Source: Syntrophales bacterium | GTDB taxonomy: Bacteria > Desulfobacterota > Syntrophia > Syntrophales > UBA6807 | Direction: 5' to 3' | NCBI GenBank assembly: GCA_040767195.1 | Contig: JAXGPA010000002.1 | Location: 306,111-370,110, forward strand | DNA: 64,000 nt | Shown here: positions 49,509-59,720 of the stretch, one piece after another | How positions within the stretch are numbered: the first letter of the stretch is position 1 | Layout of the letters: every line of letters starts with the position of its first letter | Made by a program: the position numbers and the translations under genes | Notes under the pieces: generated by a model | Database searches by the model: none | What the model was told of the DNA's origin: nothing | Seen by the model: only the letters and a program-made list of their open reading frames with translations

Positions 49509-49736
49509 ATGTCCAGAGGCAAAGTCGTTTATTTCAACGACCAGACACAATTCGGGATCATCCAGAAATATGACGGCGGGGGCGTTCTCGTCGAATCCGG
49601 CGCCCTCCGGGAAAGCGGCCTGACCACGCTCTTCGAGGGACAGCGGCTGAGCTTCGAGATCGTGAATCACAACCAGGTTGCCAAGGCGGTCAAGCTTCTC
49701 CCACTGCTCACCAAGGAAAAGGAAAAAGTGGATTGA
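49509..49736 (+). CDS. Atypical cold-shock-domain protein
   Basis: GKVVYFN, FGII, LFEGQRLSFEI, AKAVKL follow the CSD pattern; SD AAGGAGG. Confidence 0.7.
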   Translation: MSRGKVVYFNDQTQFGIIQKYDGGGVLVESGALRESGLTTLFEGQRLSFEIVNHNQVAKAVKLLPLLTKEKEKVD

Positions 49737-49741
49737 TTCCA

Positions 49742-50074
49742 ATGCATTCGACGCTATACGCGGAGGGAATAACCTGTCATGCCTGCGGCAGCCGTGGCCG
49801 CCCCGAGTTTCAGAGCCTGGACACCCGGGGGCCTTCCCGGGAGGGATTCCCCTATCAGGGCTACGATCCTTACACGGGACATCTCTTTTTCCGCTGCACC
49901 GGCTGCGGTCTTGAACTGGAGGTAAGCCCCCTGGAATTCTTCCATGGACCCACCACCGTGGACGGCCGTCCGAGGCGGCTTCGCCCCCGGAAGAAGAAAC
50001 CGGGAATGTGGCTTTTCCTCGGCCTGTTCGGCCTCATGGGGACGGTTCTGGTGCAGATCATCCTCTCGTGGTAG
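49742..50074 (+). CDS. Hypothetical protein with two CxxC motifs and a C-terminal TM helix
   Basis: CHACG, CTGCG, basic stretch followed by WLFLGLFGLMGTVLVQIILSW. Confidence 0.6.
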   Translation: MHSTLYAEGITCHACGSRGRPEFQSLDTRGPSREGFPYQGYDPYTGHLFFRCTGCGLELEVSPLEFFHGPTTVDGRPRRLRPRKKKPGMWLFLGLFGLMGTVLVQIILSW

Positions 50075-50372
50075 AGGGGCCTGTCGGATGGATGCGAGCA
50101 CAGGTTTTTTTATCTTACTCGATGCCCCATGGAAAGGGAATGGGGTCCATCCCTGATTTGCCTGTTGCTTTTCCAGGCCCTCTTGAGGCAAACTGTGTGA
50201 GAGGTCTCAATCGCCCGGAGCCGGGACAGGGGAACTCGGTGCCTTTCCATTCCTTTCAAGAAGAGTCGCCCTCACAGCAGAAACCACGAGATCCCGGAAA
50301 CCGGAACAGTGTCTCTCGCCGCTCCCGAAGCCTCGGGACAGGCGCGTCACGGCACGAAAGGGAGGTGCGGAC

Positions 50373-52472
50373 ATGAAGGTCTGGCCGGGACAGCCATACC
50401 CCCTGGGAGCCGTCTATGACGGCGCCGGCACGAATTTCTCCCTTTTCTCCGAGATCGCCGAGTCTGTCCAGCTCTGCCTCTTCGACGAGAAGGGTAACGA
50501 AACCCCCATCGATCTCCCCGAAGTGACAGGCTACTGCTGGCACGGCTATCTTCCCGCCGTGGAACCGGGGCAGCGGTACGGCTTTCGCGTCCACGGCCCC
50601 TGGGACCCCGCCTCGGGGCACCGCTGCAACCCCGCCAAGCTTCTCATCGACCCCTGCACCAAGGCCGTCGAGGGGCAGGTCCGCTGGGATGAAGCCGTTT
50701 TTCCCTACAGCTTCCGGGACGGAGACGATGTAAAAGACGACCGTGACAGTGCCCCCTTCATGCCCCGTTGCGTGGTTCACCAGCCCTATTTCGACTGGAG
50801 CGGCGACCGGCGTCTCCAGCTTCCGTGGCATGAAACCATCCTCTACGAGACCCACGTCAAGGGGTTCACCGCCCGGTTCCCGGACATTCCGCCGGAACAG
50901 CGGGGGACCTACACGGGACTGTCCCACCCCGCCGTCATCGAGTATTTCCGGAAACTGGGCATAACGGCGGTGGAGCTCATGCCGGTCCACTCCTTCATCC
51001 ACGACAGGAACCTGGTGGACCGCGGTCTCCGGAACTACTGGGGATACAATTCCATCGGCTACTTCGCCCCTCACGGGGACTATGCATCGGACGGACGTCC
51101 CGGCGCGGCGGTGGCCGAGTTCAAGCAGATGGTCAAAACTTTTCACCAGGCCGGCATCGAGGTGATCCTCGACGTCGTCTACAACCACACAGCCGAGGGG
51201 AACCACCTCGGTCCCATGCTGTCCTTCAAGGGGATCGACAATGCCTACTATTACCGTCTCCAGGAGGACCCCCGCCTCTACATGGACTACACCGGCACGG
51301 GAAACAGCCTGAACATGCGAAATCCCCACGTTCTCCAGCTCATCATGGACTCGCTCAGGTACTGGATCCTGGAAATGCATGTGGACGGGTTCCGGTTCGA
51401 CCTGGCGGCGGCCCTGGCCCGGGAACTCCACGACGTGGACCGCCTGTCGGCCTTCTTCGACATCATCCAGCAGGACCCCGTCATCAGCCAGGTGAAACTC
51501 ATCGCCGAACCCTGGGATGTCGGGGAAGGGGGCTACCAGGTGGGCAATTTCCCCCCGGTGTGGAGCGAGTGGAACGGCAAGTACCGGGACGGCGTTCGAG
51601 ACTTCTGGCGCGGCGAGGACCTGTCCCTGGGGGAATTCGCTTCCCGGATCACGGGAAGCTCGGACCTTTACGAGAACACATCCCGCCTTCCCTATGCCAG
51701 CATCAATTTCGTCACCGCCCACGACGGGTTCACCCTGAACGACCTCGTTTCCTACAACGAAAAGCACAACGAGGCCAACGGCGAGGAGAACCGGGACGGC
51801 GAAAGCCACAACCGCTCCTGGAACGGCGGCGTCGAGGGCCCTTCCGACAACCCCGAGGTGAACCGCCTGCGGGCGCGGCAGAAGCGCAACTTCCTGGCGA
51901 CCCTCTTCCTGTCCCAGGGCGTTCCCATGCTCCTCGGGGGCGACGAGATCGGGCGCACCCAGGGGGGAAACAACAACGCCTACTGCCAGGACAACGAGAC
52001 CTCCTGGTACGACTGGGAGAACGCCGACGACGGCCTTCTCGACTTCTGCAGGAAACTCATCCAGTACCGGAAGGAGCACCCCGCCTTCCGCCGCCGCCGC
52101 TGGTTCCAGGGCCGGCGCATCCACGGAAGCGAGGTGAAGGACATCGCCTGGTTCACCTTTGAGGGCGACCAGATGGCCGAGGACGACTGGGGGGCGGGCA
52201 ACGTCAAATCCCTCGGCGTTTTCCTGAACGGCGAGACCATCCCCAACCCCAATACCCGGGGGGAACCGATCACCGACGACAACTTCTACCTTATTTTCAA
52301 CGCCCACCACGAACCGCTGCGGTTCCGGCTTCCCGGCTCCCGGTGGGGCGGTCGCTGGACCAGGGTACTGGACACGGGAACGGGCTTCCCGGAAGAGAAA
52401 GAAACGTTCCAAGCGGGGGACGGGATCGCAGCCGGTGCCCGTACCCTCATCGTGCTGCGCCATGAATCCTGA
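50373..52472 (+). CDS. glgX: Glycogen debranching enzyme (GlgX/TreX)
   Basis: PYPLGA, NYWGY, DVVYNHT, DGFRFDLA, IAEPWD, TAHDGF. Confidence 0.97.
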   Translation: MKVWPGQPYPLGAVYDGAGTNFSLFSEIAESVQLCLFDEKGNETPIDLPEVTGYCWHGYLPAVEPGQRYGFRVHGPWDPASGHRCNPAKLLIDPCTKAVEGQVRWDEAVFPYSFRDGDDVKDDRDSAPFMPRCVVHQPYFDWSGDRRLQLPWHETILYETHVKGFTARFPDIPPEQRGTYTGLSHPAVIEYFRKLGITAVELMPVHSFIHDRNLVDRGLRNYWGYNSIGYFAPHGDYASDGRPGAAVAEFKQMVKTFHQAGIEVILDVVYNHTAEGNHLGPMLSFKGIDNAYYYRLQEDPRLYMDYTGTGNSLNMRNPHVLQLIMDSLRYWILEMHVDGFRFDLAAALARELHDVDRLSAFFDIIQQDPVISQVKLIAEPWDVGEGGYQVGNFPPVWSEWNGKYRDGVRDFWRGEDLSLGEFASRITGSSDLYENTSRLPYASINFVTAHDGFTLNDLVSYNEKHNEANGEENRDGESHNRSWNGGVEGPSDNPEVNRLRARQKRNFLATLFLSQGVPMLLGGDEIGRTQGGNNNAYCQDNETSWYDWENADDGLLDFCRKLIQYRKEHPAFRRRRWFQGRRIHGSEVKDIAWFTFEGDQMAEDDWGAGNVKSLGVFLNGETIPNPNTRGEPITDDNFYLIFNAHHEPLRFRLPGSRWGGRWTRVLDTGTGFPEEKETFQAGDGIAAGARTLIVLRHES

Positions 52473-55122
52473 ACCGACAGCTACGTACCGGGTCCAGCTC
52501 GGGCCGGGATTCGGCTTCGACGAAGCCGCCGGGATCGTCCCCTACCTGGACGGCCTGGGCGTCAGCCATCTTTACACCTCCCCATCCTTCCAGGCGGCCG
52601 CCGGCAGCACCCACGGCTACGACGTGGCGGACCCCGGCCGGGTGAGCGCCGACCTGGGCGGGGCCGTCGCCCATGCCCGCCTTTGCCTCCTTCTCAAAAA
52701 AACCGGTCTTGGCCACATGATCGACCTGGTGCCCCACCACATGGCCGTCGCCGACCGGCGGAATCCCTGGTGGTGGGACGTCCTGGAAAACGGCCCCTCC
52801 AGCCCCTTTGCGGCCTGGTTCGACATCGACTGGGAGGCTTCCCCGGACCGATGGCCGGGGAAAATCCTCCTGCCCTTCCTGGGGAACCACTGGGGCCGCC
52901 TCCTGGAAGAAGGGGCCTTCCGGGTTGCCTTCGACGGCGGCCGCTTCACCCTTCAGGGCCCGGGCCACCTCTTTCCCGTGGACCCGTCCACGGTGGGGGA
53001 ACTGCTCGGGAAAGCCGCCGAGGCCTGCTCTTCGCCCCTTTTGTCATTCCTCGCCGAAAGCCACGCCCGGCTGCCCCGGCCCCGCACCGCCGACGACCCG
53101 GACGGAAAGACTCGGAGCCGGGACAAGGAAATCCTGGCGCGCCTTCTGGACGACCTCTGCCGGGAGAGCCCCGACGCCCGCAGGGCCCTGGAAGGCGAGA
53201 TCGCCCGGCTCAACGCAGACCCCGACGCCCTGGCGTCGCTCATGGACCGGCAGCACTACCGGCTCGCCTTCTGGCCCCTGGCCATAAGAGAACTGGGGTA
53301 CCGGCGGTTTTTCGACATCCAGGACCTGGCAGGGCTGAGGATGGAGAACGAGGACGTCTTCCGGGCCGTTCACGGGCTCCCCATCGCCTGGTTCCGGGAA
53401 GGCCGGGTCCAGGGACTTCGCATCGACCATCCCGACGGGCTTCGGGAGCCCGGCGCCTACTTCCGCCGCCTCCGCGAGGCCTGTCCGGGCGCCTGGATCG
53501 TCGCCGAAAAAATCCTCGAAAGGGAGGAAAAGATCCCTCCGGACTGGCCCGTCGAGGGAACCACGGGTTACGATTTCCTGAACCGGGCGGGCGGGCTTTT
53601 CATCGACCCTGCCGGGGAAGAGCCGATGACGGAATTTTACGGGGACTTCACCGGGGAGGAAACAGACTACCCGCGCCTGATCCGGACATGCAAACGCCTT
53701 GTTCTCACGGAGCTCCTGGCCAGCGAGGTGGAGCGGCTCACGGCCCTTTTCGTCCGTGTCTGCGAAGGCCATCGCCGGCACCGGGATCATCCCCGCCACG
53801 ACCTTCGCGAGGCCCTCATGGAGACGGCGGCGTGCTTTCCCGTGTATCGTTCCTACGTTTCACCCTCCGCAAAGCCGGTGAGCCCCGCCGACGGGCGCCG
53901 CATCACCGGGGCCGTGGAAAGGGCGAAGGAGGAACGGCCCGATCTCGACCCCGGGCTCTTCCGGTTTCTCGAGGACCTGCTCCTCCTGCGCTTCGACGGC
54001 CCCCTGGAAGAGGACCTGGCGCTCCGGTTCCAGCAGCTCACCGGCCCGGCCATGGCCAAGGGCGTGGAGGACACAGCCTTTTACCGCTACAACCGCCTGA
54101 CGGGGCTCAATGAGGTGGGAGGTGACCCGGGCCTCTTCGGCGTTTCCCCCGAACAGTTTCACGAGGCCTGTGCCGACGCCCGGGAGAACCGGCCCTTTTC
54201 CCTTCTCGCCTCGACAACCCACGACACCAAGCGAAGCGAGGATGTCCGCGCCCGGCTGGCCCTCCTTTCGGAAATCCCGGAGCGGTGGGCCGAAGCGGTG
54301 CGCCGCTGGGCCGCCCTTAACGAACGCCACCGGCGGGACGGCGCACCGGATCGGAACACCGAGTACCTCTTTTACCAGACCCTCGTCGGGGCCTGGCCCA
54401 TCGACGAAAGGCGGATGAAGGCTTACATGGAGAAAGCGGCCCGGGAGGCCAAGGCGCACACGTCCTGGATCCGGCGGGACGGGGCCTACGAAAAGGGACT
54501 GGCGGACTTCATCGACCGCGTGATGACCGACGAAGAATTCCGTGGCGACCTGGAGGGATTCGTCGCGGATCTCGTGACTCCCGGAAGAATCAACAGCCTG
54601 GCGCAGACCCTCCTGAAACTCACGGCGCCGGGCATCCCCGATCTCTACCAGGGAACGGAACTCTGGGACCTGAGCCTGGTGGACCCGGACAACCGGAGAC
54701 CGGTGGATTTCGACCGGCGCCGGCGGCTCCTCGACGAATTGCCGGGGCTCTCCCCGGAAGACATCCTGTCCCGGTCCGACGAAGGACTTCCCAAGCTGTG
54801 GGTGATCCGGCAGGCCCTTCACCTCCGGCGGCGGCAGCCCCGATACTTCGGCCCGGAAGGGGCCTACCGCCCGCTGGCCGCCGGGGGTCCCCGGGCGGCC
54901 CACGCCGTGGCCTTCCGTCGCGGGGACGGGGCGGTTACCGTCGTGCCGAGGCTCGTCCTCGGCCTGGGGGGCGACTGGGCCGGCACAACCCTGGAACTGC
55001 CGGAGGGACGGTGGTTCAATGTCCTGACGGGAGACGGGCAGGCAGGCGGAAACGTTCCATTCCGGGAAATCCTGGCCCGGTTTCCCGTGGGGCTCCTGGA
55101 GCGGAAGGAGGCAGGACCGTGA
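52462..55122 (+). CDS. treY: Malto-oligosyltrehalose synthase
   Basis: PTATYRVQ, GSTHGYDV, YRRFFD, GLRIDHPDGL, EKIL, AKGVEDT, STTHDTKRSED, SLVDPDNRRPVD. Confidence 0.97.
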   Translation: MNPEPTATYRVQLGPGFGFDEAAGIVPYLDGLGVSHLYTSPSFQAAAGSTHGYDVADPGRVSADLGGAVAHARLCLLLKKTGLGHMIDLVPHHMAVADRRNPWWWDVLENGPSSPFAAWFDIDWEASPDRWPGKILLPFLGNHWGRLLEEGAFRVAFDGGRFTLQGPGHLFPVDPSTVGELLGKAAEACSSPLLSFLAESHARLPRPRTADDPDGKTRSRDKEILARLLDDLCRESPDARRALEGEIARLNADPDALASLMDRQHYRLAFWPLAIRELGYRRFFDIQDLAGLRMENEDVFRAVHGLPIAWFREGRVQGLRIDHPDGLREPGAYFRRLREACPGAWIVAEKILEREEKIPPDWPVEGTTGYDFLNRAGGLFIDPAGEEPMTEFYGDFTGEETDYPRLIRTCKRLVLTELLASEVERLTALFVRVCEGHRRHRDHPRHDLREALMETAACFPVYRSYVSPSAKPVSPADGRRITGAVERAKEERPDLDPGLFRFLEDLLLLRFDGPLEEDLALRFQQLTGPAMAKGVEDTAFYRYNRLTGLNEVGGDPGLFGVSPEQFHEACADARENRPFSLLASTTHDTKRSEDVRARLALLSEIPERWAEAVRRWAALNERHRRDGAPDRNTEYLFYQTLVGAWPIDERRMKAYMEKAAREAKAHTSWIRRDGAYEKGLADFIDRVMTDEEFRGDLEGFVADLVTPGRINSLAQTLLKLTAPGIPDLYQGTELWDLSLVDPDNRRPVDFDRRRRLLDELPGLSPEDILSRSDEGLPKLWVIRQALHLRRRQPRYFGPEGAYRPLAAGGPRAAHAVAFRRGDGAVTVVPRLVLGLGGDWAGTTLELPEGRWFNVLTGDGQAGGNVPFREILARFPVGLLERKEAGP

Positions 55123-56897
55123 CCCGGATACGGGTGTGGGCGCCGGGCGCCAGGCGGGTCCAGCTGGAAAGCGGCGGACACCGCCTCGACATGACAGGGT
55201 ACGACAGCGGCTGGTGGAGCGCCGACGCCCCCTTCGTTTCCCACGGCGTCGACTACGCCTTTCGTGTCGACGGCGACGGGCCCTTTCCCGACCCCCGCGC
55301 GCCCTGGCAGCCCGGCGGCGTGGACGGGCCGTCCCGATGGGTGGACCACGGCCGATTCAGCTGGTCCGACGGGGGCTGGCAGCAGGTTCCCCTGGAATCG
55401 GCGGTCATCTACGAACTGCACGTGGGCACCTTCTCGCCCGACGGCACCTTCGACGGGGCGTCAAAACGGCTCGATCATCTCGCCGGACTCGGCGTCACCC
55501 ACGTGGAGCTCATGCCGGTGGCCGAGTTTTCCGGGCGCCGCGGCTGGGGCTACGACGGCGTGGACCTTTACGCCCCCCACCACGCCTACGGCGGCCCCGA
55601 GGGGCTCAAGAGGCTCGTCGACGCCTGCCACCGCCGGGGACTGGCGGTCCTCCTCGACGTGGTTTACAACCACCTCGGGCCGGCGGGCAATCACCTCGGC
55701 CGGTTCGGCCCCTACTTCACCGGCCGGTACGCCACGCCCTGGGGGGAAGCGGTGAACCTCGACGGGCCGGGAAGCGACGAGGTGCGGCGTTTCTTCATCG
55801 AAAACGCCCTCATGTGGCTGGAGGACTACCACGGCGACGGCCTTCGCATCGACGCCGTCCACGCCTTCCTGGACACGTCGGCGGTCCACTTCCTGGAGGA
55901 ACTGGCCGGGGAAGTCGGGCGCCTGCAGGCCCGGCTGGGCCGGCACCTGGTCCTCATCGCCGAAAGCGCCCTCAACGACCCTCGGGTGGTCCGCCCCCCC
56001 GAAACGGGCGGATACGGCCTCGACGCCCAGTGGAACGAGGACTTCCACCATGCCCTTCACGCCCTCCTCACCGGCGAGCGGAACGGCTATTACCGGGACT
56101 TCGGCCGCCTGGCCGACCTGGCCGACACGCTTACCCGGGGATTCGCCTACGACGGCCGCTACTCAGCCTACCGTCGCCGCCGCCACGGCCGGCCCGCCGG
56201 CGACCTGCCCGCCCACCGCTTCGTGGGGTGCCTTCAAAACCACGACCAGGTAGGAAACCGGGCCCTCGGGGAGCGCACGAGCCGGCTCCTGTCCCCGGAA
56301 AAGCTCAAAATCGGGGCGGCCCTCGTCATGACCGCGCCCTTCGTCCCCATGCTCTTCCAGGGGGAGGAGTGGGCGGCGTCGACGCCCTTTCTCTATTTCA
56401 CCGACCACGGTGACCCCGAACTGGCGGAGGCCGTCCGGACAGGCCGCCGGCGCGAGTTCGCCGCTTTCGGCTGGGACCCCGCCGCAATCCCCGACCCCCA
56501 GGCGGAGGAAACCTTTCTCCGGTCCCGCCTCGACTGGGGCGAGCCCGCCCGGGAACCCCACAGGGACCTCCTGGCGTGGCACCGGGCCCTCATCGGGCTT
56601 CGCCGCCGCCTTCCCGACCTGGTCGACGGCCGCTTCAACCGGGTCACCGTGAACTTCGACGAAAGGGACAAGTGGCTCACCATGGCCCGCGGGACCGTCC
56701 TCGTGGCCTGCAACTTCGGGGAACGGGACGTGGAGGTCCCCTGGACCGATCCGGGGAAACGGGAGATCGTCCTGGCTTCCAGCGAAACCGTGACGGCCCG
56801 AAGAGGCGGCATCCGCCTGCCGGGGCCATCCGTCGCCATCGTGACCGGGGACGGTGAAACCCGTCGCCGGGAAAACGGACAGGAGGAAAGAAAATGA
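55119..56897 (+). CDS. treZ: Malto-oligosyltrehalose trehalohydrolase
   Basis: RVWAP, YELHVGTF, WGYDG, DVVYNHLGP, LRIDAVH, QNHDQVGNR; GTGA overlap with treY. Confidence 0.96.
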   Translation: MTRIRVWAPGARRVQLESGGHRLDMTGYDSGWWSADAPFVSHGVDYAFRVDGDGPFPDPRAPWQPGGVDGPSRWVDHGRFSWSDGGWQQVPLESAVIYELHVGTFSPDGTFDGASKRLDHLAGLGVTHVELMPVAEFSGRRGWGYDGVDLYAPHHAYGGPEGLKRLVDACHRRGLAVLLDVVYNHLGPAGNHLGRFGPYFTGRYATPWGEAVNLDGPGSDEVRRFFIENALMWLEDYHGDGLRIDAVHAFLDTSAVHFLEELAGEVGRLQARLGRHLVLIAESALNDPRVVRPPETGGYGLDAQWNEDFHHALHALLTGERNGYYRDFGRLADLADTLTRGFAYDGRYSAYRRRRHGRPAGDLPAHRFVGCLQNHDQVGNRALGERTSRLLSPEKLKIGAALVMTAPFVPMLFQGEEWAASTPFLYFTDHGDPELAEAVRTGRRREFAAFGWDPAAIPDPQAEETFLRSRLDWGEPAREPHRDLLAWHRALIGLRRRLPDLVDGRFNRVTVNFDERDKWLTMARGTVLVACNFGERDVEVPWTDPGKREIVLASSETVTARRGGIRLPGPSVAIVTGDGETRRRENGQEERK

Positions 56898-58387
56898 AAC
56901 GACGGGCCAGCGGCGTCCTGCTTCATGTCACCTCGCTCCCCTCGGCCTTCGGTATCGGCGACCTGGGCCCGGGAGCCCACCGGTTCATCGATTTCCTCGC
57001 CGAAACGAAGCAGGGCTTCTGGCAGATCCTGCCGCTCCACCCGACCCCCGCGGGTTCGAACTCCCCTTACCAGGCCCTTTCGGCCTTCGCGGGCAACCCC
57101 CTCCTCATCAGCCCCGAATCTCTCGTCCGGGACGGGCTTCTCGACGAGGGGGATCTCGATAAAGGAAGGGATTTTCCCGGGGACAGGGTCGATTTCGAGA
57201 AGGTCCGCGCCCACCGGGCGCCGTTGTTCCGGGCGGCCTTCGACCGGTTCCGGGAGAAGGGCGGGGAGCCGCGGTACGAGGAATTCTGCCGGTCTCAGGG
57301 CCCCTGGCTCGACGACCATGCCCTGTTCACCGTTCTCAAGGAGCGCCACGGGGGGAAGACCTGGAACCGGTGGCCGAAAAAAGTGCGGCACCGAAGCGGG
57401 AAGGCCCTTCTCTCGGCGCGGCAGGAAATGGCCGACGACTTCGAGATGGAGCGGTTCCTCCAGTACATCTTCTTCCGGCAGTGGGCCGGTCTCAGGGCTT
57501 ACGCCCGCGGCAGGGGAATTCAGATCATCGGGGACATGCCCATCTACATGGACTACGACAGCGCCGACGTCTGGAGCCGCCGTGACATCTTCAAACTCGA
57601 CGGAAACGGTGACCCGGAGGCGGTTTCCGGGGTGCCGCCGGATTACTTCAGCGAGACGGGCCAGCTTTGGGGAAACCCCGTCTACCGCTGGGAGGTTCTC
57701 CAGGAAACGGGCTTCGACTGGTGGATCGACCGCCTCCGGCACAACCTGGCCGTGACCGACTGGCTCCGCCTGGACCATTTCCGGGGGCTCGTGTCCTACT
57801 GGGAAGTCCCCGCCGGAGAGACCACCGCCATAAACGGAACCTGGGTCGAGGTTCCCGTCATGGCGCTCTTCGAAAGGATGCTGAGAACATTCCCCTGCCT
57901 TCCCATCATCGCCGAGGACCTGGGAACGATCACCGCCGATGTCCGGGAAATCATCCACCGCTTCGACCTGCCGGGCATGAAGGTTCTTCTCTTCGCTTTC
58001 GGGGACGATTTTCCCGCCGGCCCCTACCTTCCTCACAATCTCACGAAAAACGCCGTGGTCTACACGGGCACCCACGACAACAACACGGTGCGGGGGTGGT
58101 TCGAAAACGAGGCCGACGAAGCGATGAAGGAGCGGCTTTTCGCCTACCTGGGCCGGGAAATTTCCGCCGGAGAAGCCCCGTGGGTGTTCATCCGGCTCGC
58201 CATGATGTCGGTGGCGCGCCTGGCCGTTTTCCCGATGCAGGACATCCTGGGCCTGGGGGAGGACGCCCGGATGAACCACCCGGCGGGCGGTACGGGAAAC
58301 TGGGAGTGGCGCCTCCCGCCGGGACAGCCCGATGGGGAAACGAGGGACCGCCTTCGGGAGCTGACAGTCGTCTCGGGCCGGGACTGA
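56894..58387 (+). CDS. malQ: 4-alpha-glucanotransferase (amylomaltase, GH77)
   Basis: SGVLLHVTSLP, GVPPDYFS.TGQLWGNP, RLDHFRG, AEDLG, YTGTHDN, RMNHP. Confidence 0.97.
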   Translation: MKRRASGVLLHVTSLPSAFGIGDLGPGAHRFIDFLAETKQGFWQILPLHPTPAGSNSPYQALSAFAGNPLLISPESLVRDGLLDEGDLDKGRDFPGDRVDFEKVRAHRAPLFRAAFDRFREKGGEPRYEEFCRSQGPWLDDHALFTVLKERHGGKTWNRWPKKVRHRSGKALLSARQEMADDFEMERFLQYIFFRQWAGLRAYARGRGIQIIGDMPIYMDYDSADVWSRRDIFKLDGNGDPEAVSGVPPDYFSETGQLWGNPVYRWEVLQETGFDWWIDRLRHNLAVTDWLRLDHFRGLVSYWEVPAGETTAINGTWVEVPVMALFERMLRTFPCLPIIAEDLGTITADVREIIHRFDLPGMKVLLFAFGDDFPAGPYLPHNLTKNAVVYTGTHDNNTVRGWFENEADEAMKERLFAYLGREISAGEAPWVFIRLAMMSVARLAVFPMQDILGLGEDARMNHPAGGTGNWEWRLPPGQPDGETRDRLRELTVVSGRD

Positions 58388-58581
58388 TGGAGAATCGGCA
58401 TGAAAGCGCTCCATCGAGGAGGCGTGCGGGCCCGTTTATGGGTGCCGCGGTACCGGTTACGCAAAAAAGCGGGCGGGCCTGTCGTGGAAGCGCGAGAAGT
58501 TTGGTAACTCCCCTGCGAGGGATCTTGAAAAATGCTGTTTCAAAATCGTTGAACGTCCCTGCCCGTGGAAGGAAAGACAGC

Positions 58582-59667
58582 ATGACAGAAGAAACGACAA
58601 GAGTGCTCCTTATAGACGATGACAAGGATTATAAGGTCATCGTCCAGAATCTCCTGTCCATGGCCAGGGAAACCCGCTTCGAGCTGCAGTGGACGCCAAG
58701 CGCCGAGGAGGCTTACCGCAAGCTCAAGGAAAGTTCCTTTGACGTCTGCCTTCTCGACTACAGGCTTGGAAGCAGTGATGGCCTTCACGTTTTGAGGGAA
58801 ATAGCCCGAAACGGGTTCGATGTTCCCGTTATTTTCTTGACGGGCTTCGGCAGCTGCCAAATGGACAGGAAGGCCATGCGGCTTGGCGCGGCCGATTACG
58901 TGGACAAGAACCAGCTCGAGCCGGCTTTCCTGGAACACTGCATCCGGTACGCCATCGATCGCACGAGGACCATCACGGCGCTCCAGGAATCAAGAAGTCA
59001 GCTGCGGCGTCTTTCCGCGAGGCTCCTGGAAGCCCAGGAGACGGAGAGAAAACGCCTGTCCCGGGAACTCCATGACAGCCTCGGCTCCACCCTGACGGCC
59101 GTAAGATACGCCCTGGAACAGAAGGTGAGCGCCATGAGCCCTCTCGAGGAAGCGCCCGACGGGATGACCCTGGAGCAGATCATCGACATGGTGAAGATCG
59201 CCGTCGAGGAAACCCAGAGGATCACGTCCAGCCTAGGGCCTTCCGTTCTCGACGACTTGGGGCTCGCCCAGGCCCTTCGTTCCCTGGGCCGTGAATTCAG
59301 TGAAATACTGGAAAACGTCGAGATAGAAACCCAGATGTGCGACGAAGAGGATATTCCCGACTCCCTGAAGATCGTCGTTTACAGGATCGCCCAGGAGGCG
59401 CTCAACAACGCCGCGAAACACAGCGGTGCCCAAAAGATCCTTCTCACGACCGGCAAAACGGAAAATGGCTTCGCGCTTCTCGTCATTGATGACGGCTGCG
59501 GATTCGAACCAGCCGCTTTTCTCGGCGCCGGAGAAGACTCCGAAGGCGGCATGGGGCTTCAGAACATGCGGGAACGGGCGGAAATCTCCAACGGATTTTT
59601 CCAGATACGGTCCGAAAAGGGGAAAGGGACGGCCATCCGTGTTGACTGGCCTCTTGGGGCGGATTGA
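58582..59667 (+). CDS. Hybrid receiver-domain / HisKA_3 histidine kinase
   Basis: LLIDDD, LLDY, FLTG, YVDK (REC); ERKRLSRELHD, QEALNNAAKHS, DDGCGF, GMGLQNMRER. Confidence 0.9.
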   Translation: MTEETTRVLLIDDDKDYKVIVQNLLSMARETRFELQWTPSAEEAYRKLKESSFDVCLLDYRLGSSDGLHVLREIARNGFDVPVIFLTGFGSCQMDRKAMRLGAADYVDKNQLEPAFLEHCIRYAIDRTRTITALQESRSQLRRLSARLLEAQETERKRLSRELHDSLGSTLTAVRYALEQKVSAMSPLEEAPDGMTLEQIIDMVKIAVEETQRITSSLGPSVLDDLGLAQALRSLGREFSEILENVEIETQMCDEEDIPDSLKIVVYRIAQEALNNAAKHSGAQKILLTTGKTENGFALLVIDDGCGFEPAAFLGAGEDSEGGMGLQNMRERAEISNGFFQIRSEKGKGTAIRVDWPLGAD

Positions 59668-59720
59668 ATCAAGTTCCCATCGGACCATAAGCACAGACAG
59701 CCCCGGCGCGGCGTATTGAC

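Noticed and set aside
50075..50372. c-di-GMP-I riboswitch upstream of glgX (GGCAAAC seed; GAAAGGGAATGG/CCATTCCTTTC complement)
   Set aside because: The GNRA-capped P2 and the GACGCAAAGC continuation are absent; the evidence is too weak to call.
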